A DNA stretch of 63,973 nt, counting the filler, from Trypethelium eluteriae (Eukaryota), in assembly GCA_051942245.1 (NCBI GenBank). It is 3 parts of 3 records of this genome, joined end to end, with 100 filler letters (N's around TTAATTAATTAA, not from the genome) between each part and the next. Parts side by side here need not be neighbours in the genome. Positions count along the whole stretch, not along the records: positions 1 to 21,810 come from JAVECL010000460.1; positions 21,911 to 43,703 come from JAVECL010000461.1; 1 more part is not named here. The stretch is one strand, 5' to 3'. The notes under the pieces were generated by a model that did not search any database, was not told where the DNA came from, and worked only from the letters and a program-made list of their open reading frames with translations. How positions within the stretch are numbered: position 1 is the first letter of the stretch; the number at the start of each line of letters is the position of its first letter. Positions 11,327-21,912 of this stretch are shown here, one piece after another. Position numbers and translations under genes: made by a program.

Positions 11327-14300
11327 ATGCCGCCAATCGTTCCTCGCAAACGCCTCCAATCTCCTGAGAACGATGCTTCTGAGCCACCTCGAAAACGAGC
11401 CGCCACTACCAAGCCCAGCCCAAAGTCCAAGGGGCTTACTGTCTCCAAAAGGCCAAACGTCTTCGACGCTATTGAGACAGAAACTCAACCTCCGAAACGC
11501 TCAGTAGAATCCAATCAAGCATACATCAATGCTCTGAACGATGCAGACAGTGACGAGGATTTAAGCTCTGTGGATAGCGATGAATTCGAGGATGTGCTAG
11601 GAACCAGCAACGCCTCAAGGAGCAAGAGACTTGGCTCAAAGGGGAAGAGCATGGAGACCAATGACGACATGACGAGCAATGAAGAGGAAGAAGAAGACGA
11701 GGACTGGGAAGACGCACTCCATCCTACGGCCACCGTCGACGACGCAACACCCTCAAAACCTGTGACAGGGCTCTCGGTATCGTTATCTGGAAATGACCAA
11801 GCAGAGACGCCAATGTCGAACAGTCTCGCCAAACGGGGTCCGAGTAAGAAGGACCGAGCAATTCGTATCGCAACACACTGCATGCACGTCCAATTTCTGA
11901 TGTGGCACAACGCGGTGAGAAATGCTTGGTGCTGTGATCAGGAGGTACAGAACATACTAGTATCCAAATTGAGTGATGGGATCAGGGGCGAGGTCCGGAA
12001 ATGGAAAGCCCAAAGTGGAATGGCTGAGTCTGAGGACGAGGGTAGGCAGGGAAGCAATATCAAGACGTCAGGCAAGAGAAGTAACAAAGGAAAAGGTGGT
12101 GGATGGGGCAAGGGCAGTGCAAAGCCAGGCAGCATGAGAGTAGAGAAGCCAGGAAGGAAGAGTAGGGCTGTTACACAGGAGCATGATCGGAACGCGAGGG
12201 AATGGGGTGATACGGCGGATAGGCTAGAGCCTGGTAAGCCGAACATGAGTCGTGGCGATCCGTTACTGGGGTTTCTCAAAGTCCTGGCTGCGTATTGGAA
12301 GAAGCGTTTTGTTATCACGGCTCCTGGTTTACGAAAACAGGGATACCGGACCCCTCCTGCGCTAGCAGCAGAGATGAAGGCCTACTTCAAGAATTCGGAT
12401 GATCAAGAAGTCCATGGTGAACGCGTTGAATCTCTAGAGAAGTTTAGGGAGATGGCGAAGAAATGCGAAGGTTCAAGAGACGTTGGTGAACAGCTCTTCG
12501 TCGCATTGCTTAGGGGATTAGGTCTGGAAGCCCGCATGGTAGCGAATTTGCAGGCAGCTGGAATTGGCTGGAGTAAAAATGAGGAGTACACGGAGAAGAA
12601 ACGCAATGACAAGACAGAGGAAGACGAATTGGACATCGCTGGAGATCCCACTCTAGATGACGAAACAGAAGAAGATGAAGCACAAACTAATACACCCCAG
12701 AAACCGGACAAAATAATAACAAATTCTAAGAAATCTAACAACATCAAGGCGAATCCTGCCAGGAATATGTCCGGCCGCCAGAAATCTGGTAAAGGCACAG
12801 CCAAAGACACACCTATTAGTCTTGATGACAGTAGTGGATTGAGCAGCCCGCCTACGGACTCTGAATCTAGTTCTGTGATAGAAGTCACGTCTGTGAGACG
12901 CAAAATGGTCTCAAGCAAGAAGTACGACCGTGATCTTCCATATCCGATTTACTGGACTGAAGTTCTCTCACCGATTACCAATACGTACACTCCTGTCGAT
13001 CCTATCGTGCTCTCAACGGTTGCTAGTACCCCTGAGCTCGTTGCCACATTTGAACCACGAAGCGCTCGCGCCGTGAAAGCCAAACAGGTTATCGCATATA
13101 TCGTGGCCCACTCTGCCGATGGCACTGCCAAAGACGTCACCGTCCGCTACCTCAAAAAGCGCATCTTTCCTGGGAAGACCAAAGGCGTCCGTCTTCCCAC
13201 CGAGAAAGTCCCGGTATACAACAAACACGGCAAAGTCCGTCGCTACGAGCAATACGACTGGTTCAAAACCGTCATGAGCGGCTACACGCGCCCAGACTCC
13301 AAGCGCACTCCCGCTGACGACCTCGAAGACTCCACCGTCCTCACCCCCTACCAACCACCCGCCAAATCCGCCGAAGACAAGACCACCAAAAACGGCATCC
13401 CCGACACCCTCTCCGCCCTCAAATCCTCCGCCGACTTCGTCCTCGAACGCCACCTCCGCCGAGACGAAGCCCTGCCCCCAACCGCAACCCCCGTCCGGCA
13501 TCTCACAACGGGCAAAGGCGACGCCGCAAAGCGCGAGCCCATCTACCGGCGCTCCGCCATCCAGCTGTGCAAGACAGTCGAGTCCTGGCACAAAGAAGGG
13601 CGCGAGCTGGTGCCGGGCGCGCAGCCGCTGAAGCAGGTGCCCATACGCGCGGTGACGCTCGCGCGGAAGCGCGCCGCCGAGGATGTGGAGCGCGAGACGG
13701 GGGAGAAGGCGATGCAGGGGTTGTATGCGGAGGAGCAGACGAGGTGGATCGTGCCCGAGCCGATTAGTCCCGGGGGTACGATCCCCAGGAATGCGTTTGG
13801 GAATATTGATGTTTATGTGCCGACGATGGTGCCGCGCGGGGCGGTGCATTTGCCGTTGAAGGGGTGTGCGCGCGTGTGTAAGAAGTTGGGGGTGGAGTTT
13901 GCGGAGGCGGTGATAGGGTTCGAGTTTGGCAAGCAGAGGGCGGTGCCGGTGATACAAGGGGTGGTGGTGGCGGAGGGGAATGAGGCGCTGGTGAGGGATG
14001 CGTGGAGGGCGGAGGAGGAGGAGAAGAGGAGGAAGGAGGATAAGGAGAGGGAGAAGAGGGTACTGGGGATGTGGAAGAAGTTTTTGGTGGGGCTGAGGAT
14101 TAAGGCGAGAATTGGGGAAGAGTATGGGGAAGATGGGTTCGGAGAGGAAAGGAATCCGTTTGTCAGTAGGAAGAATTTTGTGGAGCAAGACGACAAGAGA
14201 GATGACGAGGACGAGGAAGGAGAGACAGTGAGAAGTAGATTCTTCAGTGGAGGTGAGGAGATGGAGGGAGGATTCATGAGAGATGATGAAAACAGTGCGC

Positions 14301-14866
14301 CACAATTCAAAACGACCGGGGATGGTGGCGTCTATCCCGATGACCAAAATTGGCCGCGGACCGAAGATGGTAAAAATGAGGGCGACGATGAAGAGCTTGG
14401 AGGGGGCTTCATGCTTGAAGATGATGAAGCTGAGGCGTCAATACCAAAGAAGTCAGCGACACCTGATAGTCACCTACGGACTCCAGTATCCCTCCAAGCC
14501 GCGCACAAGGGCGCGCTTTCGGATTCAGACTCAGAAGAGGAGACTACCTCGGAAGGTTTGAGCAATGGAGAGGATGATACTGAACCTCAACCCAAATCAA
14601 CGGTTTCGACCGCTACCCGTAGTCGTGGATCTGGTCGTGGTCGTGGCCGCGGGCGTGGCCGTGGACGAGGCCGTAGTCAAAGCAGTATGGGACACCCAGT
14701 CGAGCAAGGGCGTGAAGCTGCCTCTTCTGGAGGACGAGCAAGCATTGGCAGAAGGGCGAAACAGGCAGCTGTATATGTTGATCATGACAGCGTCAGTGAC
14801 GTATCGAGCGAATCTAGCAGCGAGGCGAGTGGAGAGAGCACGGAACAATCTGCAATTTCGAGCTAG
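11327..14866 (+). CDS. RAD4: Rad4/XPC-family DNA damage recognition protein (transglutaminase-like and BHD domains)
   Basis: GSRDVGEQLFVALLRGLG, PIYWTEV, AKDVTVRY, FVLERHLRRDE and IPRNAFGNIDVYVPTMVPRGAVHL (BHD3); acidic and RG-rich tails. Which Rad4 paralogue is not determined. Confidence 0.9.
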   Translation: MPPIVPRKRLQSPENDASEPPRKRAATTKPSPKSKGLTVSKRPNVFDAIETETQPPKRSVESNQAYINALNDADSDEDLSSVDSDEFEDVLGTSNASRSKRLGSKGKSMETNDDMTSNEEEEEDEDWEDALHPTATVDDATPSKPVTGLSVSLSGNDQAETPMSNSLAKRGPSKKDRAIRIATHCMHVQFLMWHNAVRNAWCCDQEVQNILVSKLSDGIRGEVRKWKAQSGMAESEDEGRQGSNIKTSGKRSNKGKGGGWGKGSAKPGSMRVEKPGRKSRAVTQEHDRNAREWGDTADRLEPGKPNMSRGDPLLGFLKVLAAYWKKRFVITAPGLRKQGYRTPPALAAEMKAYFKNSDDQEVHGERVESLEKFREMAKKCEGSRDVGEQLFVALLRGLGLEARMVANLQAAGIGWSKNEEYTEKKRNDKTEEDELDIAGDPTLDDETEEDEAQTNTPQKPDKIITNSKKSNNIKANPARNMSGRQKSGKGTAKDTPISLDDSSGLSSPPTDSESSSVIEVTSVRRKMVSSKKYDRDLPYPIYWTEVLSPITNTYTPVDPIVLSTVASTPELVATFEPRSARAVKAKQVIAYIVAHSADGTAKDVTVRYLKKRIFPGKTKGVRLPTEKVPVYNKHGKVRRYEQYDWFKTVMSGYTRPDSKRTPADDLEDSTVLTPYQPPAKSAEDKTTKNGIPDTLSALKSSADFVLERHLRRDEALPPTATPVRHLTTGKGDAAKREPIYRRSAIQLCKTVESWHKEGRELVPGAQPLKQVPIRAVTLARKRAAEDVERETGEKAMQGLYAEEQTRWIVPEPISPGGTIPRNAFGNIDVYVPTMVPRGAVHLPLKGCARVCKKLGVEFAEAVIGFEFGKQRAVPVIQGVVVAEGNEALVRDAWRAEEEEKRRKEDKEREKRVLGMWKKFLVGLRIKARIGEEYGEDGFGEERNPFVSRKNFVEQDDKRDDEDEEGETVRSRFFSGGEEMEGGFMRDDENSAPQFKTTGDGGVYPDDQNWPRTEDGKNEGDDEELGGGFMLEDDEAEASIPKKSATPDSHLRTPVSLQAAHKGALSDSDSEEETTSEGLSNGEDDTEPQPKSTVSTATRSRGSGRGRGRGRGRGRGRSQSSMGHPVEQGREAASSGGRASIGRRAKQAAVYVDHDSVSDVSSESSSEASGESTEQSAISS

Positions 14867-15507
14867 TGCAGTGTCAAGATTCTTGGGGGGTTAAAGTGAC
14901 AAGTGGTAAAACCGAGACCGAGTTCTCCTACTTGCTGCAGTTAGCGATAGTCACGGCCATGATGGTACACTTTTACGTAGTCCATAGTCTTTGCAAGATA
15001 GCTCGAAAATGGAAAAAGCCAAGTCAAAACTGATATAACTATCAAAATTTAACTCAGTGAAGGTGATATCTATGTGGATGGGAAACCGAAGTGGTGATTC
15101 ACGCTTACTGGAGTCCACCTAGCCATTCATGGTGTTGCTAAGCTTCAACACACCGCCACTACTAAAACTCCTAACCTTGATCACAGAAGCGTCTTTTATA
15201 CATAAGCGCTTCATCTAGAACTTGAAAAATAACTGATCGAAGGGTGTCTCGATCGGCTCAGCTGCGTAAATTGGAATTCACATTTGGGTTTTGGAGTTCT
15301 TGGCGTTCCCACATTCCAGTGCGATAAACATATTGGAGCCTACTCTACTAAGAACGCTTCACCCCGAGGCCTATTCGATTGATGAAAGACATGTGAGCTT
15401 TTACACTGCAATTTTTCATCGTTCAACTTATTATAAGACTCTCTCGGGAAGGATTTTCACAAACGCTGTGGATTGTGTGAGCAGAGGCACTATCCTGAAA
15501 GATCTCC

Positions 15508-16796
15508 ATGGTATCCACACCCAAATCCCCTTCTGCGCTCAAGTTCGATTTGGTTGCACGTTGCTCTGTAAGTTCACATTTGCTGCAATGCCGATGATGA
15601 AGTACTGGTTTAATGCGTCAATCTAGGTCACAAAAGCACGGGCGTCCATCCTGCATCTTCCACATGGCCCGGTTCAACTACCAATATGGATGCCGGTGGC
15701 CACTCAAGCTTCCTTGAAAGGCCTCACGCCGGAGCAGCTTGAGCAGACTGGCTGTAGACTATGTCTCAATAACACGTATCACCTCGGCTTGAAGCCAGGG
15801 CAAGCAGTCCTCGATGCGGTTGGCGGAGCGCACAAGTTACAGTCATGGCGACATAACATTCTAACAGACAGCGGCGGTTTCCAGATGGTATCGTTGCTCA
15901 AGCTGGCTCAGGTGACAGAAGAGGGAGTGCGTTTCTTGAGTCCTCATGATGGAAGCCCGATGCTGCTTACTCCGGAGCATTCTATCAGTCTGCAAAACTC
16001 AATTGGATCCGACATCATCATGCAGCTCGACGACGTGATTGCGACTACCTCTCCAGACCTCTCCCGGATAGAGGAAGCAACGCACAGGTCCGTAAGGTGG
16101 CTCGATCGGTGCATAGCAGCTCATAAAAACCCCGAGACGCAGAACTTGTTCTGTATCATACAGGGTGGCCTCGATTTAGGGTTGCGGAGACAATGCTGCA
16201 AGGCAATGGTCGAACGAGATACGCCAGGTATCGCAATCGGCGGTCTGTCAGGAGGCGAAGCTAAAGATGCATACTGCAAAGTCGTTGATACGTGTACCGA
16301 ACTGCTACCTGAGAAGAAACCAAGATACGTTATGGGCGTTGGGTTTCCCGAAGACCTCCTCGTGTCAGTCGCTCTCGGGGCAGACATGTTCGACTGCGTA
16401 TGGCCTACACGAACAGCTCGATTTGGGAACGCGATAACGTCTTCTGGGACCCTAAATCTCCGCCATAAATCATACGCTGAAGACTTCAGTCCTGTGGACC
16501 TAGATTGCAATTGTATCTGCTGCAGGTCGGAAGCGGATGGAGGGTTGGGAGTCTCACGCGCATACATTCATCACGTTGCAGCAAAAGAGACAGTTGGAGC
16601 GCATTTGCTTACCATGCATAACGTACACTATCTTTTGTCTCTGATAGATGAAGTGCGGGAGGCAATTTTAGAAGATCGATATCCACAATTCTTGAAGGAT
16701 TACTTTAGACGCATGCATGCTGGCAATCGGGAGAAATATCCAGTCTGGGCTATTGATGCATTAAAAGGGGTTGGTGTAAATTTATTAGAGCAGTGA
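15508..16796 (+). CDS. QTRT1: Queuine tRNA-ribosyltransferase catalytic subunit
   Basis: Exon 1 15508-15567 (MVSTPKSPSALKFDLVARCS), intron 15568-15626. Motifs MPVATQ, LNNTYHL, TDSGGFQMVSL, IIQGG, GGLSGGE, DMFDCVWPTR, and zinc site CxCxxC...H. Confidence 0.95.
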
Positions 16797-17126
16797 AATC
16801 CACCATCAGGTCCCGAACAGAGGGGGACCGCGAAAAGATTCTCGAATAAGAACATGCCAATTACTGTGATCATAGAATTCACGCATAGATTTGAGGGTGT
16901 TCGGATTCTGATGCGGTAGAGTACCTTGGTAGATGGTGGATTAGAGTATTGGACGCAGGGACTTGTGACGCGCGCAATCGACGCGCCCTTGCAGACGAGT
17001 GACATCAGTGTCTTCACTACTTCGTCCACTCAAGCCAATCGTTCAACCAACCAACGCGGTCTATATACGACTACGTTTTCCCGGACATTGCTCTCAAGAT
17101 CGGATGAAGACTCTCAGTCATGCGCA

Positions 17127-20100
17127 ATGGATATACAACCGAACAAAGACGAGGACCACGCAGAAACGGTCCTCTCACTACACTCGCACGTCAACAAACC
17201 CTCTTTGACTCAACCCGAGTCACTACATGAAGGAGAAATCGCTTTCGATAACCAGAGTATGCATGAAAAATCTGCGAGAGAACTCCCGCAAAGCAGAAAC
17301 ACAGATTTTACCGTGCCAGCTAGCCCGAAGGCCCAACTTCCATCGATTCGATCCCCCCAAATCTCGCGAGGTCCTAGCCTAGGTATCACTGTTCAGAAAG
17401 GTCCGCAACGTAGCCAGAGCTCAATGAGCAACCATGCACTATCTTCTCCTGCACTTGGTAGACGAGTTTCGTCCTCGTCACTAACAGGTGGCGGTGATTT
17501 TTCTGCAACCTCCAGACCAATGCGACGAGCATCCTCAGGTTTACCGCACTCTTCGCCTGTGAGAGCTTCCTCACGCGCCTCTCTACACGCTCCGATTGAA
17601 GACCCACAACATCACACAGCTGCTTCGGTGGCTAGTGCATATTTGGAGAGGGAATTGGCGGTTCATCAGGAACAAAATAGCGAAGCTGATACCGTGGTGA
17701 TACTACACGATGATTGCTATGGGCACCGTTTCTCGAGACCGAAAACAACGAAAGGCACTTTGAGTTTGATCGTGGAAAGACCAGAACGTCTCCACGCCAG
17801 TGTACTTGGCTTATCTGCGGCATATATTCGCCTTGGTGGCCGGCATTCAGAGGGACGGCAGCCACCACATCCAGAACGCGAAATAGATCGACGACTTCCA
17901 TTCTTGGTCCGCAAGACTGCAAGAATGGTTGACATTTCATCACCTTGCGTCACCAACGTGCATGGTAAAGCGTGGATGGACGAGCTCAAGACAATGTGCA
18001 ATTCAGCAAGCACCAACTTGGCCTCAACCGGAAAGGAATTGACTAGAACTCCAAATGGATCTTCACAAAGCGACTCTTCACCCAAGCATATTTTGCATGA
18101 GGGTGACTTGTATCTCAGTCCCGAATCGTTGAATGCATTTCAGGGCGCACTAGGAGGGGTTTGTGAGGGCATTGACGCCATCTTTGAAAATGCCCAAAAG
18201 GGTCACGGACCCTCGAAAGCTTTTGTTTGTATCCGTCCCCCTGGTCATCATTGCTCGTCGGATCTTCCATCCGGTTTTTGCTGGCTTAATAATGTCCATG
18301 TGGGTATCGAGTACGCTGCACAAAATTACGGTCTCACACACGCTGTCATCCTTGACTTTGACCTTCATCATGGCGACGGCTCTCAATCGATTGCATGGGC
18401 TAGAAACTCCCGAGTCGCTAAAATGCCCAAAAACACAAGTGCGGCCAAAAAATTAGCCATTGGTTATTACAGCTTGCACGACATCAACTCGTTCCCATGT
18501 GAATGGGGTGAGGATGACAAGGTTCAGAATGCCAGTCTTTGCATTGAAAATGCCCATAACCAATCCATCTGGAATATTCACCTTGAACCTTGGAAAACAG
18601 AGGCAGACTTCTGGGCGTTGTACGAGAACAAATACTCAGTGCTTTTCGAGAAAGCTCTTAGCTTCCTGAGATTTCAAGCTGATCGGTTACGCAATTCTTC
18701 TGGTAACATCTTACCAAGAGCTGCTATCTTCGTTTCCGCCGGCTTTGACGCAAGCCAGTGGGAAGGACAAGGCATGCAAAGACACAAAGTCAATGTGCCA
18801 ACAGACTTCTTTGCCCGCTTCACTGGAGACGTCGTCAAACTGGCTCAGGAACCCGGTCTCGGGGTGGATGGAAGAGTCATCAGTGTGCTTGAGGGAGGTT
18901 ACAGTGACAAGGCATTGATCAGCGGTGTCATGAGCCACTTGAGCGGACTCACCAGAGGGAAGAGCCAGACTGAAACTGCCCCTGCAGACACCACGGATGG
19001 GCTCGGCATTGAGATGGGTCGACGCATGGGAGCATTGAGCTTGGACGACCAGGACAACCATGCCAAAGAGCAGTACCCGTCAGCATACAGCTGCTCATGG
19101 TGGAATGCTGAGAATCTGTCCGCTCTGGAAGGTCTAATTGCGCCTCTCCCTGCAGCCCCTGCGCCAAAGAAGCGCACCACCGCCAGCAATACGTCACATT
19201 ACACCTCGCCGACCCAGTCATTCACTGCCAAAGTCGTTGACCCAACCAAGATATACAGGAGTACTTCCGGCTACTCAACGCTTCCCACAACATCTACAGA
19301 ACCTGTAGTAATTCCCGTTCCTGAGGTCGACTGGTTGACAGCTGTTGGGGAATTGAGCAAATTGTTGATTCCCCAAAATCGTCAAACAAAGAGCTGCCGT
19401 CCTGAGGAGCTTTCTGAGCCTCGAGTCAAAAAAGAACGTAAATCAATCAATGCGTTGCCAAGCGCCGAATCAATGCCACCTGCAGGTCGAATGCAGTTAC
19501 GGGAACGGAAGACAAAAGCTCCAACTTATGCAGAGCCCAAATCAGAAGATGACAGCATTCCCGGAAAAGCTCCCTCCAAGGCAGACAGACGTAGGACCAT
19601 TGCTGACGTCTCTTCTTTATCGGAAGATAAAATCCAACCTGCTGCTCCTCAATTACTGGCCCAGGGACCAAATGGACAAGCGAAGGCTGGAATTGCTATT
19701 AAGGCAAAACAAGATCCTTCTACGAATGGCGTAGCCGCATCGAAACCTACGAAGATTACTATTCGAACTCAGCAGAAGGCAGCGAACACAACCAATAACG
19801 GTGTCGCCGGAAAAAAGAAAGCAACAGAAAAGCCTGCTGTACCTAGTAGAATCAAGTCCAGAACAGGCAGACCTCAAGTCACATCAATGTCGACCAATCC
19901 TATCCCGAAGGCTTCCGAGCCAACAACCATTCCTAGTAACGACAAAGCCAATGAGTCTGTTCAACAAGGTCAAGTTCCAGCAGTCACAGATCTGGACATC
20001 GACCAAATCACCTCGACCATGGAGAACAGACTTACCATAGGGGCTCATGCGTCAAAGACCCCTGAGGATGAGACCACGCATGGCGCATCGACTAACCCGT

Positions 20101-20957
20101 TAACGTCACCCACCGACCAGGTCCGATTACAGACTGAACAACAGCCAATGGATACAGATCCTTCTGGCCAACCCTCTCATCTGGCGCCAGAGTCCGAAGC
20201 CGCGAGACTTAGTCATCCACTCTCGAGCTCTTATGAGCCAATTGCAAAAGACGGATATTTCTCCAACCCCCCTGCCGCTGCTGCTTTCATCCCACAGCCG
20301 GCCGAGGCGATAGGTGCTTCTCTACCTAAAAATCCGTCTGCATCGGACTCTCACTTCCCCACACAGCAGACTGGGGATCTGCCGCCTAGTCTGCCGGTTC
20401 CAGCATCTTCCATTAACCTTCCCGCGCCGGACCCTTCACTTCCAAATCAAGACGTCTTCGGTGTTCCCACGCTCTCACAGAGTGTAGCACCGCATGAAGA
20501 GCCGCATCATTCTGCTCATGCCGTAGACCTATACAGAGACCTCAACTCGGCCGAACCCTCGAAAGATCGGGTAGCCAGACGAGGATTGCCGATATTTAGT
20601 TCGCAAGGCCATATTCCATTTGGGCTGCAGCAGACCAACCGAGTGATTGGCGATGCAGCGAATCAGCCAACGCCGGGTTCGTATTCCATGAAAGAAGAAC
20701 AAACCCTAGGGCACCAGGACACACTGGGGGACCTCTACACTCGCGAAACCCCTCCCGCGTTCACGGAATCTACGGGATCTACGCTCGGTTCTCCCGCCGC
20801 CCTTGTCGACCAGGAATACCCTGGGAACCGAAACGGTCTTGCAGGAGACCACGCGTCAATAGCGCAGAAGCCGCAAATCTCCGCGAGCAATCAACCTTTT
20901 GCGGACCTACCCCCTGTGCCCGACATCTGGGATGTCCCTGACACGCCGGAGAGGTGA
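17127..20957 (+). CDS. HOS3: Histone deacetylase HOS3-type
   Basis: ERPERL, IRPPGHH, GFCWLNNV, LDFDLHHGDGSQ, SLHDINSFPCE, SAGFDASQWE, VLEGGYS; first in-frame ATG is at 17127. Confidence 0.92.
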   Translation: MDIQPNKDEDHAETVLSLHSHVNKPSLTQPESLHEGEIAFDNQSMHEKSARELPQSRNTDFTVPASPKAQLPSIRSPQISRGPSLGITVQKGPQRSQSSMSNHALSSPALGRRVSSSSLTGGGDFSATSRPMRRASSGLPHSSPVRASSRASLHAPIEDPQHHTAASVASAYLERELAVHQEQNSEADTVVILHDDCYGHRFSRPKTTKGTLSLIVERPERLHASVLGLSAAYIRLGGRHSEGRQPPHPEREIDRRLPFLVRKTARMVDISSPCVTNVHGKAWMDELKTMCNSASTNLASTGKELTRTPNGSSQSDSSPKHILHEGDLYLSPESLNAFQGALGGVCEGIDAIFENAQKGHGPSKAFVCIRPPGHHCSSDLPSGFCWLNNVHVGIEYAAQNYGLTHAVILDFDLHHGDGSQSIAWARNSRVAKMPKNTSAAKKLAIGYYSLHDINSFPCEWGEDDKVQNASLCIENAHNQSIWNIHLEPWKTEADFWALYENKYSVLFEKALSFLRFQADRLRNSSGNILPRAAIFVSAGFDASQWEGQGMQRHKVNVPTDFFARFTGDVVKLAQEPGLGVDGRVISVLEGGYSDKALISGVMSHLSGLTRGKSQTETAPADTTDGLGIEMGRRMGALSLDDQDNHAKEQYPSAYSCSWWNAENLSALEGLIAPLPAAPAPKKRTTASNTSHYTSPTQSFTAKVVDPTKIYRSTSGYSTLPTTSTEPVVIPVPEVDWLTAVGELSKLLIPQNRQTKSCRPEELSEPRVKKERKSINALPSAESMPPAGRMQLRERKTKAPTYAEPKSEDDSIPGKAPSKADRRRTIADVSSLSEDKIQPAAPQLLAQGPNGQAKAGIAIKAKQDPSTNGVAASKPTKITIRTQQKAANTTNNGVAGKKKATEKPAVPSRIKSRTGRPQVTSMSTNPIPKASEPTTIPSNDKANESVQQGQVPAVTDLDIDQITSTMENRLTIGAHASKTPEDETTHGASTNPLTSPTDQVRLQTEQQPMDTDPSGQPSHLAPESEAARLSHPLSSSYEPIAKDGYFSNPPAAAAFIPQPAEAIGASLPKNPSASDSHFPTQQTGDLPPSLPVPASSINLPAPDPSLPNQDVFGVPTLSQSVAPHEEPHHSAHAVDLYRDLNSAEPSKDRVARRGLPIFSSQGHIPFGLQQTNRVIGDAANQPTPGSYSMKEEQTLGHQDTLGDLYTRETPPAFTESTGSTLGSPAALVDQEYPGNRNGLAGDHASIAQKPQISASNQPFADLPPVPDIWDVPDTPER

Positions 20958-21431
20958 GGACATCCTCCTTTAACACGATAAGTTAGACATGCTACTCCGT
21001 ACCTCTCAACGAAATCCTTATTTTCCTATGTCATTGCTGTGTTGGGACAACTTCCTGGATCTGTTCCTTCCAAACCTTTTAATTCCTGGCGCCTTTCATT
21101 CGAGTTGGACTAAGAGAGATACCCCTTTTTCTTTCCCATTTAGCAAGCAGGAGACAGAGTTGAATAGCGCACAAAGGAGCTATAACATGCACTTTTCGTG
21201 TCCTTCCAAGCAACAACATGAACCTTATGAATGTGCCTGTGACTGGCCTTTTGATCCCACAACTCCGGTTAAAGCGCCTGTGCTATAGGACTCCCATATC
21301 CAAGTTTTGAAAAAAGGGTCCAGAATAGTTAACAGAATGGGTATACGCTTCAAGGGACCATAAGACAGATCGCGCTCCCATCTTCAACTCCCACGCAAAC
21401 CTTTTTTCCATGGCGGGCTGTTTGGCGGAAA

Positions 21432-21810
21432 TTAGATGTCCACACTCCCATCCCTCACCAGTGGTGCTGTCTCGCCAGTGATATGATGCGTGTTCGTCTC
21501 TCCATTCGTCATTTTCTTCGTGACAGCTGCAATATCGATTCCAGCCATCGCAGTCGACGCCACAGATAGTAGACCCATGACAACAAACGCAAAGATCCAC
21601 TGCAGCGCCAGCACCTTGATAAGCAACTGCTGGATCCCCAACGCCGCGCTCAACACGCTCAGACTGAATCCCAAAATATAGTCCCGATAACCGATAACGA
21701 AAAACCCCCCAAACAGCAACCACAGCCATATCGCCAGGTTCGCAAAAAGCCGCGCCCCGACCGAATGCGCCCCCAGCATCGCCGCCCCACACCAAAACAA
21801 CGCCACAAAC
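21432..21810 (-). CDS. DUF1774-like fungal multi-pass membrane protein, 3' part only (5' end lost in the gap)
   Basis: Hydrophobic helices LFWCGA..ARLFANLAIW..RDYILGFSLSVL..LQWIFAFVVMG, ending ETAPLV; ORF is open into the N gap. Confidence 0.65.
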
Positions 21811-21910
21811 NNNNNNNNNNNNNNNNNNNNNNNNNNNNNNNNNNNNNNNNNNNNTTAATTAATTAANNNNNNNNNNNNNNNNNNNNNNNNNNNNNNNNNN
21901 NNNNNNNNNN
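21811..21910. other. Assembly gap with artificial six-frame stop linker
   Basis: 100-nt N run with TTAATTAATTAA at 21855-21866. Confidence 0.97.
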
Positions 21911-21912
21911 CC

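Noticed and set aside
13013..14347. 444-aa antisense ORF inside Rad4
   Set aside because: Low-complexity shadow of the skewed codon usage; no domain motifs.
14890..15300. Possible tRNA or snoRNA between Rad4 and QTRT1
   Set aside because: Only a short imperfect hairpin; no cloverleaf or box motifs that I can support.
3262..20957. SET3, Rad4, QTRT1 and HOS3 as a functional or self-resistance cluster
   Set aside because: Ordinary housekeeping genes with no sign of duplication, separated from the biosynthetic cluster by an unverified gap.
21855..21866. TTAATTAATTAA palindrome as a biological site
   Set aside because: Embedded in N runs and identical in both gaps, so an assembly linker.
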